Source: Elusimicrobiota bacterium (GTDB lineage Bacteria > Elusimicrobiota > Elusimicrobia > UBA1565 > UBA9628). From it: 64,000 nt of DNA. Within the stretch, counting starts at the first letter, position 1; each line of letters opens with the position of its first letter. Below, piece after piece: positions 35,858-44,905 of this stretch. The notes below the pieces were generated by a model. The model ran no database searches, was not told the origin of the DNA, and saw only the letters and a list, made by a program, of their open reading frames with translations. A program made the translations under genes and the position numbers. The stretch covers positions 256,172-320,171 of the forward strand of contig JACRDQ010000030.1 of assembly GCA_016218545.1 (NCBI GenBank). The letters are read 5' to 3'.

Positions 35858-38526
35858 ACAAGACCTACGATCCCCAGCCGGTCGAGAGCAAGTGGTGCGG
35901 CGCGTGGCGCCGGAGCAAGCTCTTCGGCTCCCAGGCGGCCGCTTCCTCCGGCCCCAAGCCCTTCGTGGTCGTCATCCCGCCGCCGAACGTGACCGGCGCC
36001 CTGCACATCGGGCACGCCCTCAACAACACCCTGCAGGACATCCTGGTGCGCTGGCACAAGCTCCACGGCCGGCCCGTGTGCTGGGTGCCCGGCACGGACC
36101 ACGGCGGCATCGCGACGCAGAACGTCAAGGAGCGCCAGCTCAAGGCCGAGAACAAGACCCGGCATGACCTCGGCCGCGAGGCGTTCGTCTCTTCCATGCA
36201 GTCCTGGTCCTCCGAATGCAAGAAGACCATCCTCGGCCAGCTCGAGCGGCTCGGCTGCGGCCTGGATTGGGACCGCGAGGCCTTCACCATGGACGCGGCC
36301 CGGGCCAAGGCCGTGCACGCGGCCTTCGAGAGCTACTGGAAGAAGGGACTCATCTACCGCGGCGAGCGCATGGTCAACTGGTGCGTCCGCTGCGGGACCG
36401 CGCTCTCGGACATCGAGGTCGAGTACGAGGAGCGCAAGGGCCACCTCTGGCACATCCACTACCCCTTGAAGGGCGGGGGCGAGGGCCTGACCGTGGCCAC
36501 GACCCGGCCCGAGACCATGCTGGGGGACACCGCCGTGGCCGTGCATCCCAAGGACGCCCGGTACGCGGGCCTCATCGGCAAGTCCCTGACCCTGCCCCTC
36601 ATGGAACGGGACATCCCGGTCGTGGCCGACGACGTCGTGGAGTCCTCCTTCGGCACCGGGGCGGTCAAGGTGACGCCCGCCCACGACCCCAACGACTTCG
36701 AGATCGGCGGCCGCCACGGACTGGCCCTCATCAAGGTCATCGGCCCGGACGGCAAGATGACGTCCGAGGCGGGCGCGTACGCGGGCCTCTCCCGGGAGAA
36801 GGCCAGGGACAAGGTCCTCGAGGACCTCAAGGCCGGCGGCCGCCTCGTCAAGACCGAGGACCACCGGCACAGCGTGGGCGTCTGCTACCGCTGCATGTCC
36901 GCGGTCGAGCCCTTGGTCTCCAAGCAGTGGTTCGTGCGCATGAAGGACCTCGCGGCCCCGGCTCTGAAGGCCGTGGAGGAGGGCCGGTTCCGTATCTACC
37001 CCGAATCCTGGACCAAGCCCTACGTCGAGTGGCTCTCCAACATCCGCGACTGGTGCGTGTCGCGCCAGATCTGGTGGGGCCACCGGATCCCGGTCTGGTA
37101 CTGCGCGGCCTGCCGGGAGAAGGACGGCTACAAGCCCCAGGTGGGGGCCTCCCAGCCGGCCTCGTGCCCGGACTGCGGGGGGACGGTCCTCGAGCAGGAC
37201 CCCGACGTGCTCGACACCTGGTTCTCCTCGGCCCTCTGGCCGTTCTCCGTCTTCGGCTGGCCCGACCAGGGGCCGGACCTCTCCTTCCATTATCCCACGA
37301 GCGTGCTCGTGACGGGCTATGAGATCCTCTACCTATGGGTCGCGCGCATGCAGATGTCGGGCCTCGAGGCCCTCGGCCAGGTCCCCTTCGAGCACGCCGT
37401 CATCCACGGCATCGTCCGCGACAAGAAGGGCAAGAAGATGTCGAAGTCCCTGGGCAACGTCATCGACCCGCTCGTGATGATGGACAAGTACGGCACCGAC
37501 GCCCTGCGCTTCTCGCTGGCGGTCCAGGCCCACCCGGGCCGGGACATCCCGTTCTCCGAGGAGTCTCTCACCGGCTCGCGGAACTTCGCCAACAAGCTCT
37601 GGAACTCCACGCGCTTCGTGCTCATGAACCTGCCGGAGACCGCGCCCGAGGGCGGGCTCTCCCTGAAGGGCTTCGCCCCGGAGGCCCTCGACCTCTGCGA
37701 CCGCTGGATCCTGGCCGAGTACGCTCAGACCCTTTCCCGCTGCCGCGGGCTCATGAAGGAATACGAGGTCGCGGCCGCCGCGGACGTCCTCTACGGCTTC
37801 CTCTGGGACCGCTTCTGCGACTGGTACGTCGAGCTGGCCAAGATCCGCCTCCAGGGCGCCGACGAGGCCGCCAAGGCCGCGCCGCGCGCGGTCCTGGCGC
37901 ACGTGCTGACCGGGACCCTCAAGATGCTCCACCCCTTCATGCCCTACATCACCGAGGAGCTCTACGCGAGCCTCAAGCCCTTCGTGGGCGAGCATGCGGA
38001 CTTCCTCCTGCGGTCCGGGGCGCCGGAGCCGGGGTCCGAGTGGGAGTCCGCGGGCGCGATCCGGGAGATGGGACGGCTCATCGACGTGGTCAAGGCCCTG
38101 CGGACCTTGCGCTCCGAGATGTGCGTGCCTCCGGGCCTGAGGATCTCTGCCATCGCCGAGGGCGGGGAGTCCCGCGACCGGGACCTCCTCTTCAAGTACG
38201 GCGAGTACGTGAGGTTCCTCGCCAGGCTCTCGGAGCTCAAGCCCTCGCACGACGGCGAGCGGCCCCCGCACAGCGCCACGGCCGTGGCCTCGGGCATGAC
38301 CTTCTTCGTGCCCCTGGAGGGCGTCATCGACCTCTCCAAGGAGCGTCAGCGCCTGGAGAAGGAGGTCGGACGGCTGGAGGTCGAGGCCGCGCGGCTGGCC
38401 GCCAAGCTGGGCGACGCCGTGTTCATGGAGCGCGCGCCCCGCGAGCAGGTGGACCTCTCCCGCTCCCAGCACGCGGACGCGAACGCCCGCCTGGGCCGGC
38501 TCAAGGACGTCCTGAAGTCCCTCTGA
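35851..38526 (+). CDS. valS: Valine--tRNA ligase
   Basis: HIGH region PPPNVTGALHIGHALN, KMSKS region KKMSKSLGN, a CP1 editing domain and a C-terminal coiled coil. 891 aa. Confidence 0.95.
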   Translation: MLDKTYDPQPVESKWCGAWRRSKLFGSQAAASSGPKPFVVVIPPPNVTGALHIGHALNNTLQDILVRWHKLHGRPVCWVPGTDHGGIATQNVKERQLKAENKTRHDLGREAFVSSMQSWSSECKKTILGQLERLGCGLDWDREAFTMDAARAKAVHAAFESYWKKGLIYRGERMVNWCVRCGTALSDIEVEYEERKGHLWHIHYPLKGGGEGLTVATTRPETMLGDTAVAVHPKDARYAGLIGKSLTLPLMERDIPVVADDVVESSFGTGAVKVTPAHDPNDFEIGGRHGLALIKVIGPDGKMTSEAGAYAGLSREKARDKVLEDLKAGGRLVKTEDHRHSVGVCYRCMSAVEPLVSKQWFVRMKDLAAPALKAVEEGRFRIYPESWTKPYVEWLSNIRDWCVSRQIWWGHRIPVWYCAACREKDGYKPQVGASQPASCPDCGGTVLEQDPDVLDTWFSSALWPFSVFGWPDQGPDLSFHYPTSVLVTGYEILYLWVARMQMSGLEALGQVPFEHAVIHGIVRDKKGKKMSKSLGNVIDPLVMMDKYGTDALRFSLAVQAHPGRDIPFSEESLTGSRNFANKLWNSTRFVLMNLPETAPEGGLSLKGFAPEALDLCDRWILAEYAQTLSRCRGLMKEYEVAAAADVLYGFLWDRFCDWYVELAKIRLQGADEAAKAAPRAVLAHVLTGTLKMLHPFMPYITEELYASLKPFVGEHADFLLRSGAPEPGSEWESAGAIREMGRLIDVVKALRTLRSEMCVPPGLRISAIAEGGESRDRDLLFKYGEYVRFLARLSELKPSHDGERPPHSATAVASGMTFFVPLEGVIDLSKERQRLEKEVGRLEVEAARLAAKLGDAVFMERAPREQVDLSRSQHADANARLGRLKDVLKSL

Positions 38527-38536
38527 CCCGGCGGGC

Positions 38537-40666
38537 TCAGCGCGCGATGCGGAAGCCCACGCGCGAGTCGCCGCTCGACATGCCCTCGCGGTGCGTGGTG
38601 GTGGCCTTGGAAGCGCCGTAGCGCCAGACCCCGCCGCGGATCATCGTGGAACTGCCCGACGTGGTCCAGGCTCCGGCGTTCGAGGGCGCCCCGCTGTACG
38701 TGTCGTGGAAGAGGTCCTCGACCCACTCGTAGACGTTGCCCGCCATGTCGCAGACCCCGTGGACCGTCACGTCCCTCTTGGAGCAGGGCGGCCAGGGCAC
38801 GTTCCTGCCGCAGCCGTCACCCGCCACGTCCGTGACCGCGTGATCGCAGGTGAGGGCCTCGTTCCCCCAGGGGTACTTCCAGTCCTTCCCGCCCCCGCGG
38901 GCGGCGTATTCCCACTCGGCCTCGGAGGGCAGGCGGCCGCCCGCCCACCGGGCGAAGGCCTGGGCCTGGTCCTGGTTGATGCACACGACCGGGAGCTCGT
39001 CCTGCATGAATTGGCTCAGCGTGGCCGCCCCGAACACGGTGCAGGAGGCGTTGGTCGGGGTGCAGGCCCCGGCTCCGACGCACTCCTTGTACTGCCCCAG
39101 GGTGACCTCGGTCTTGGAGAGCTGGAACGAGGGCACGGTGACCATGTGGACCGGCTTCTCGGTGCCGTCGTCGTTGGAGCCCATCATGAACGTCCCGCCC
39201 GGAATCGGGACCCACACGATCCCGCTCCTGCCCTTGACGGGCGCGGACTTGAGCGCCTCCGGCGGGACCGTGCCCGCCGGCAGAAGGGGGGCCAGCTCCG
39301 AGAGGAAGGGGTTGTCCTCGCTCGTGCGGCCGTAGGCCTGGACGAACATCATGGCCCAGCGCTTCTTGTCCTTGTCCGGGATGACGGAGAGGCTCAGCAG
39401 CCTGCGGAGCTTGCTCCAGTCCTTGTCCCGGGCCTCGGCGCGGCGCGCGCGCGCCTCCTCGGCCGCCTTCTTGGCCTCGGAGAACTTCTTCCACTCCTCG
39501 GCGCGGCGGTTGGCTTTGTCGGCGAACTGCGGGCTCGACTGCGCCAGGGCCAGCCACCGGGCGGCCTTGTCCTCGGCCGAGGCCTCGCCCTTGTCGAAGG
39601 CGATGGCCGCGTCGTACTTCTCCAGGGCGTCCACGTCGAGGTCGCGCCAGTCCGCGGTGTCCGCGTCGGAGGCGAGGGCCTCGGGCGCCGAGACCGCGGG
39701 CACCGTGGGCAGCTCGCTGATCTGGAACATCTCCGCGGTGGAGCGGCCCGCGGACTCCTTGGCGAGGACCGACAGGTCCGGGCCGGCCTCGCCGGCCGAG
39801 GTCCCGAAGACGGCGGCGGTCTTGCCGGTGAGCTCCGGGGTCTGCTCGCGGCCCCTGAGGGTCGCGCGCAGGGCCTCGTCCGCGAAGCTGAAGATCTCGC
39901 CGGCCGTCACCTTGCCGTCGTGGTCGGAGTCGGCCCAGCCGCGCAGCGCTCCGAGGAGCAGGTAGCTGAAGGCGGGCCTCTTGGCTCCGGGGAGGGGGCC
40001 GGCGAACTGGTTGCCCTTGGCCGCGGTGAGCACCACGAAGCGCGCGTCCTGCGGAGGGGTGAGCGCGGCCAGGACCAGGGGCTGGAGGCCCTCCACCAGG
40101 GCGCCGGCCTCGGTCCTGCCTGAGAAGCACGCGTCGATGACGACGTTCACCTGGCTCGCCTTGGTCGAGCCGAGCAGGCGCAGGACCTCTCCCCTGGGGA
40201 GGCTCCGGGCGTAGAGGCTGGCGGCCTTCTGCTGGGCGTCCACGCCCACGAGGACCCCGTCCTTGGCGTCCTGGCCGGGGGCTCCGTGGCCGATGAAGAC
40301 GAACCAGAGGGTCCCTCCCTGCGCGGCGCGCACGGCGCTCTCGACCGCGGCCTGGCGGATCTCCTCGACGGTCCCGTCCGACTCGAGGAGGAGGCGGATG
40401 TTGGCGGGCTTGAGCCCCCGGGTCTTGGTGAGGTAGTCGTACCAGGCCCGGGCGTTGTCTCCGGCCCCTTTGACCGGGGACACGAACGCGTAGCGCTCGA
40501 TGCCCACGATGACCGCGGCGTCGCTCTCTCCACCGCCGATGGAGGCGGCGGGCTTGCCGAGGTCCGGCCAGGAGACCTTCGCCCACGCCTCCGGCGCGGC
40601 GCAGAGCGCGGCGGCGGCGAGCAGCAAGGTCGCGCGGATCACGCGGGGGCGGAAGGTCTTGTCCAT
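38537..40666 (-). CDS. Secreted multidomain protein: caspase-like (peptidase C14) + EF-hand-like Ca site + helical linker + FGE-sulfatase (SUMF1-like) domain
   Basis: Signal peptide (MDKTFRPRVIRATLLLAAAALCAAPEAWA). His/Cys dyad contexts WFVFIGHGAP and NVVIDACFSG. DSDHDGKVTAGEI. C-terminal GGTFMMGS...RLPSEAEWEYAARGG...YPWGNE. AAGGAG SD before ATG 40666. Confidence 0.75.
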   Translation of the reverse strand: MDKTFRPRVIRATLLLAAAALCAAPEAWAKVSWPDLGKPAASIGGGESDAAVIVGIERYAFVSPVKGAGDNARAWYDYLTKTRGLKPANIRLLLESDGTVEEIRQAAVESAVRAAQGGTLWFVFIGHGAPGQDAKDGVLVGVDAQQKAASLYARSLPRGEVLRLLGSTKASQVNVVIDACFSGRTEAGALVEGLQPLVLAALTPPQDARFVVLTAAKGNQFAGPLPGAKRPAFSYLLLGALRGWADSDHDGKVTAGEIFSFADEALRATLRGREQTPELTGKTAAVFGTSAGEAGPDLSVLAKESAGRSTAEMFQISELPTVPAVSAPEALASDADTADWRDLDVDALEKYDAAIAFDKGEASAEDKAARWLALAQSSPQFADKANRRAEEWKKFSEAKKAAEEARARRAEARDKDWSKLRRLLSLSVIPDKDKKRWAMMFVQAYGRTSEDNPFLSELAPLLPAGTVPPEALKSAPVKGRSGIVWVPIPGGTFMMGSNDDGTEKPVHMVTVPSFQLSKTEVTLGQYKECVGAGACTPTNASCTVFGAATLSQFMQDELPVVCINQDQAQAFARWAGGRLPSEAEWEYAARGGGKDWKYPWGNEALTCDHAVTDVAGDGCGRNVPWPPCSKRDVTVHGVCDMAGNVYEWVEDLFHDTYSGAPSNAGAWTTSGSSTMIRGGVWRYGASKATTTHREGMSSGDSRVGFRIAR

Positions 40667-40742
40667 GGGGGCTCCTTGTCCGACCCTCTCATTATAGGAG
40701 CGAGAGGAGGGTCCCGTCAATGACGCCGGACACGTCCGGGGG

Positions 40743-40829
40743 CTAGTCCTTGCGGAACAGGGCCAGCCAGGAGACGGTCACGATGGGGATCACGGACGCG
40801 GCCAGGAGCGCGATGGTGCGCCAGGTCAT
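40743..40829 (-). CDS. Possible 28-aa hydrophobic micropeptide (MTWRTIALLAASVIPIVTVSWLALFRKD)
   Basis: Starts 4 nt after the BON gene stop. A single predicted TM helix flanked by basic residues, with high GC3. Too short for the ORF track. Confidence 0.3.
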   Translation of the reverse strand: MTWRTIALLAASVIPIVTVSWLALFRKD

Positions 40830-40833
40830 GAGG

Positions 40834-41133
40834 TCATTCCTTGATGACGAGGTTGTCGACCACCTGCTCGACGCCCCGCGCGTCCTTGGCCGCGCGGCGG
40901 ATGGCCTCTTTCTGTTCCCAGGTGTCCACGAGGCCGGAGAGGGTCACGATCCGGGCGTGCACGTCGATGCTGACGGTGCCGGGCTTGACGCCCCGCTGGC
41001 TGGCCAGGACGCTCTCGATGTTGGCGAGGATGCCGGGGTCCGAGATGTCCGCGTCCCCGGCAGCGGGCATGCCGACGCAGGCGCACAGGCCTGCCAGGCC
41101 GGCGGCCGCGAGCAGGCGGAGGAGAACGCTCAC
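40834..41133 (-). CDS. BON-domain (OsmY-like) secreted/lipoprotein
   Basis: Signal peptide with Cys (LLAAAGLAGLCAC), then the BON pattern ...VSIDVHARIVTLSGLVDTWEQKEAIRRAAKDARGVEQVVDNL. GTG start at 41133. Confidence 0.75.
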   Translation of the reverse strand: MSVLLRLLAAAGLAGLCACVGMPAAGDADISDPGILANIESVLASQRGVKPGTVSIDVHARIVTLSGLVDTWEQKEAIRRAAKDARGVEQVVDNLVIKE

Positions 41134-41140
41134 GGAAGAA

Positions 41141-41146
41141 ATGGTA
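41141..41146 (-). promoter_or_regulatory. Candidate -10 box (TACCAT on minus strand) 7 nt upstream of BON GTG start
   Basis: The minus strand reads aaatgtTACCATttcttccGTG. This is the same 6-7 nt geometry seen at other first-in-operon genes here. Confidence 0.3.
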
Positions 41147-41198
41147 ACATTTACGGACGCCCAATGGAACCCGCTCGGGGCCTCGGGCTCCCTGGAAG

Positions 41199-43493
41199 AT
41201 GACGATGAGGATCCTGCTGGCCACCCGGAACCGCCACAAGGCGCGGGAGCTCGCGGCCATGACCGCGGGCAGCGGCGTCGCGTTCGCCCTGCTCGACGAG
41301 TTCCCAGCGTTCCCCGAGACCGTCGAGGACCTCCCCACCGTGGAGGGCAACGCCTCCAAGAAGGCCCGTGAGGCGGCGCTGCGCCTCAAGATGTGGACCT
41401 TGGCCGACGACACGGGGCTCGAGGTCGAGGCGCTCGGCGGGGCTCCCGGCGTCAGAGCCGCGCGCTTCGCGGGCCCGGGCTGCACCTACGCGGACAACAA
41501 CGCCAAGCTCCTCGCCTCCCTCCGGGGGGTGGAAGGTCCGCGCCGCAAGGCGGTCTTCCGCACGGTCATGGCCTTGAGCGATCCGGAGGGCAGGGTCACG
41601 CTCGAGGAGGGCAGGCTCCCCGGCTCCATCGCGTCCGGACCCAGGGGTTCGGCCGGCTTCGGCTACGACCCGCTCTTCCTCGTGGAGGACACGGGCCGGA
41701 CCCTGGCGGAGCTCTCCGACGAGGAGAAGAACCGGGTGAGCCACCGGCGGCGCGCCATGGAGAGGATGCTCCCTCACCTGGCGCGCGTCGCGGCCCTGGG
41801 GCTGGCGCTCCTCTGCTCCTGGACCGCCCCTGCCGCGGCGGGGCGGACCGAGCCGGGGCAGGAGACGATCTGGGACCAGATCATGGCGACCCAGGCCAAC
41901 CGCGGGATGCGGGCCGGGACCCGGCACATGGACGCGCAGCAGTATGACCTGGCCGAGGCCGAGTTCGCCAAGGCCGTGCACTCCAGCCCCAACGACGCCA
42001 ACGCCCACATGCTCCTGGGCGCCGCCTACTACTGGCGCGGCAAGGTGGACATGGCTCTCGGGGAGTTCCGCAAGGCCATCGAGCTCGACGACCGCAACGC
42101 CCAGGCCTGGATGCTCCTGGGCATCGCCATGGCCTGGAAGGGGGAGGCCCTGCCCGCGTACGAGGCGTTCCGCAAGGCGGGCGAGCTCGACGGCGCGCGC
42201 GCCGACATCCAGATGAACATGGGCTCGATCCTGGAGACCATGGGGCGCAACCAGGAGGCCCTCGGCCACTTCCGCAAGGCCGTGAACCTCGAGCCCACGC
42301 ACCCGCTCTACCATTTCCAGCTGGGCATGCTTTACCGGAGGCTCGGCCGCGACGGGGACGCCATCGAGTGCATGAAGGACGCCCTCAAGCTCTACCCGCA
42401 GTACGAGGACGCCCTCCTCGAGTTGGGGGCCGCCGAGGAGCGGCTGGGCCAGGACAAGGCCGCGTCGCACAGCTTCCGGAAGGCCGTCTCCCTCAAGTCG
42501 AAGGACGCGGTCGCCCGGTTCCGGCTGGGCAGACTCCTGCTGCGCGCCGGACAGCGGGCCGAGGCGCGGTCCGTCTTCTCCGACGCCTTCCACCTCACCC
42601 CCGAGGGCGAGGGGGGCGGCCTTCAGCTCTCGGTGGCCTATACCGGGGGCAAGAAGAAGCTCGCGGCCGGGGGCGGCGGGGGCTCCCCCTCGGGCTCCCA
42701 GCCGCCCGGGGAGCCTCCGCCTGCCGACGACCCGCTCTCCGTCTTCGCGCGCAACCTCGAGCGCATCCCGCTCGAGCAGGGCGCGGTCATGAACGTGGAC
42801 GTCGCCATGGTCCCCAAGCCCAAGCTCACCAAGGCCGACGACATCGAGAGCCGCGCTTCTCTCAAGCGCGCCCTGGAGAAGGGGATGAAGCCCGAGCGCT
42901 CCTCCATGAAGCTGGTGCGGCGGGAGTACGACCTGCCCGCGGGGCCGGAGTCGGCCCGGCAGGCCCAGATCAAGAAGATCCTCAACGACCTCTCCGACGT
43001 GGTCAAGAGCGCGCCTCCGGACTCGGACGTGCGCCTGGGCATGAACCTGACCTACAAGCGCCTCACCGACGCCGGGGCCCGGCGCGGGGCGGCCGAGAGC
43101 GCGGCCAAGGTCTCCTTCCAGCCCCGGGAGGTCGGCAACGACATGGGGCTCTGGGTCATCGGCACGGGCTGGATGACCCTCGTCGAGGAGATGCTGCCCG
43201 AGGCCGGGGCCGAGCTCCCGCGGAGCGACGACTCGGACTGGTGGGTGGCCCTGGGCCTGGGCTACGCCACCCTCGGCGACGGCCAGCGCGCCATGACGGC
43301 CTTCGAGCACGCGCTCCGGCACGACGCCCGGCATGAGGTCGCCCTGCTCGGTCGGGGCGTGGCCGCGGTCATGACCGGAGACGAGGCTCGGGCCCTGGCC
43401 GACTACCGCCGGGTCCTCCAGCTCAACCCGGCCAACCGCGCCGCGGCCGAGGGGCTCAAGTGGCTCCTGCGGCCTGTCAGGAGGAAGCAGTGA
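41199..43493 (+). CDS. rdgB: dITP/XTP pyrophosphatase (RdgB/HAM1) fused in-frame to a TM segment and a long TPR domain
   Basis: RdgB motifs: RILLATRNRHKARE, DDTGLEVEALGGAPGV, FGYDPLF, SHRRRA. No stop codon follows. Next come a hydrophobic segment (LARVAALGLALLCSWTAPAAA) and about 8 TPR-like repeats (AHMLLGAAYYWRGKVDMALGEFRKAIELDDRNAQAW...). Confidence 0.75.
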   Translation: MTMRILLATRNRHKARELAAMTAGSGVAFALLDEFPAFPETVEDLPTVEGNASKKAREAALRLKMWTLADDTGLEVEALGGAPGVRAARFAGPGCTYADNNAKLLASLRGVEGPRRKAVFRTVMALSDPEGRVTLEEGRLPGSIASGPRGSAGFGYDPLFLVEDTGRTLAELSDEEKNRVSHRRRAMERMLPHLARVAALGLALLCSWTAPAAAGRTEPGQETIWDQIMATQANRGMRAGTRHMDAQQYDLAEAEFAKAVHSSPNDANAHMLLGAAYYWRGKVDMALGEFRKAIELDDRNAQAWMLLGIAMAWKGEALPAYEAFRKAGELDGARADIQMNMGSILETMGRNQEALGHFRKAVNLEPTHPLYHFQLGMLYRRLGRDGDAIECMKDALKLYPQYEDALLELGAAEERLGQDKAASHSFRKAVSLKSKDAVARFRLGRLLLRAGQRAEARSVFSDAFHLTPEGEGGGLQLSVAYTGGKKKLAAGGGGGSPSGSQPPGEPPPADDPLSVFARNLERIPLEQGAVMNVDVAMVPKPKLTKADDIESRASLKRALEKGMKPERSSMKLVRREYDLPAGPESARQAQIKKILNDLSDVVKSAPPDSDVRLGMNLTYKRLTDAGARRGAAESAAKVSFQPREVGNDMGLWVIGTGWMTLVEEMLPEAGAELPRSDDSDWWVALGLGYATLGDGQRAMTAFEHALRHDARHEVALLGRGVAAVMTGDEARALADYRRVLQLNPANRAAAEGLKWLLRPVRRKQ

Positions 43494-44899
43494 GGGTCTT
43501 CAGGAAAGGCGCCGAGCTTCCCGGCAACATGGGTTCCTTCATCCGGCGCGTCCACTTCGTGGGCATCGGCGGGGTCGGGATGAGCGGCATCGCCGAGGTC
43601 CTGCGCAACCTGGGCTACGAGGTCTCCGGCTCGGACCTCAAGGAAACGGAGGTGACCCGCCGGCTCGCCGGGCTGGGCGTCACGGTGCGTCTGGGCCACG
43701 CCGCGTCCCACATCCGGGGCGCCGAGGTGGTGGTCGTCAGCTCCGCCGTGGGCCCGGACAACCCGGAGGTGGCCGCGGCCCGGGAGCAGGGCATCCCGGT
43801 CGTCCAGCGGGCCCTGATGCTCGCCGAGCTCGGCCGCATGAAGAAGACGGTCACCGTGGCCGGGAGCCACGGCAAGACCACCACCACCTCCATGGTCGCC
43901 ATGGCCCTGCGTTCCGCCGGGGCGGACCCGACCATGGTCGTGGGCGGGCAGATCAAGGACATCCGCTCCAACGCCCGCCTGGGCGTGGGCGACTACCTCG
44001 TGGCCGAGGCCGACGAGTCCGACGGGTCCTTCCTGCACCTCTCGCCCTTGGTGGCCGTGGTGACCAACGTGGACGACGACCACCTCGACTTCCACAAGAC
44101 CGTCGAGCGGCTCCGGGAGGCCTTCGCCGAGCATCTGCGCCGGCTCCCCTTCTACGGCGCCGCGGTGCTGTGCGCGGACGACCCTCCCCTCATGGCCCTG
44201 GCTCGCGGCCTCGACCGCCGCGTCATCACCTACGGCTTCGCGAAGTCCGCCCAGTGGCGGGCCGCGGACCTCAAGCTCGCGAGCGCGGGGAGTTCCTTCT
44301 CCGTGCTCTGCCGGGGCCGCCGCCTGGGGACGCTGCGCATGCGGGTGCCGGGAAGGCACAACGTGCTCAACGCCCTGGGCGCCCTGGCGGCCGGGAGCTT
44401 CCTGGGCCTGCCGTTCCGGCGCCTGGCCGCGGGGCTTGCGGAGTTCCGCGGCGTGGGCCGCCGCCTCGACGTCCTCGGCTCGGCCTCGGGCATCGTGTTC
44501 GTGGACGACTACGGCCACCACCCCACGGAGATCGCCGCCACCCTCGACGCCCTGCGCCTCTGGAAGGGCCGGCGCGTGGTGGTCTTCCAGCCGCACCGCT
44601 ACTCCCGGACCAAGCTCCTTGCCCGCCGCTTCGGACCCGCCTTCAAGGCCGCGGACCTCGTCTACGTCATGGACATCTACGCGGCCGGCGAGAAGCCCAT
44701 GCCCGGCGTGACCTCGAGGCTCATCCTCGACTCCCTGCGCCGGGCCCGGGTGCGCTGCGCCCCCTTCGTCTCGGCCCTGGACACCGCGCGCGAGCTGGCG
44801 GCGGGCGACGTCGTCTTGACCCTGGGGGCCGGAGACGTCTGGAAGATCGGCGAGGACCTCCTGCGGCGCAGCCGCAGCCGGTTCACCAGCCCGGTCTGA
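43490..44899 (+). CDS. murC: UDP-N-acetylmuramate--L-alanine ligase
   Basis: VHFVGIGGVGMSGIA, GSHGKTTTTSM, DDYGHHP. GTG 43490 overlaps the upstream stop (GTGA), with GGAGGA 5 nt upstream. ATG 43529 is the alternative. Confidence 0.9.
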   Translation: MRVFRKGAELPGNMGSFIRRVHFVGIGGVGMSGIAEVLRNLGYEVSGSDLKETEVTRRLAGLGVTVRLGHAASHIRGAEVVVVSSAVGPDNPEVAAAREQGIPVVQRALMLAELGRMKKTVTVAGSHGKTTTTSMVAMALRSAGADPTMVVGGQIKDIRSNARLGVGDYLVAEADESDGSFLHLSPLVAVVTNVDDDHLDFHKTVERLREAFAEHLRRLPFYGAAVLCADDPPLMALARGLDRRVITYGFAKSAQWRAADLKLASAGSSFSVLCRGRRLGTLRMRVPGRHNVLNALGALAAGSFLGLPFRRLAAGLAEFRGVGRRLDVLGSASGIVFVDDYGHHPTEIAATLDALRLWKGRRVVVFQPHRYSRTKLLARRFGPAFKAADLVYVMDIYAAGEKPMPGVTSRLILDSLRRARVRCAPFVSALDTARELAAGDVVLTLGAGDVWKIGEDLLRRSRSRFTSPV

Positions 44900-44905
44900 C
44901 GGCCC

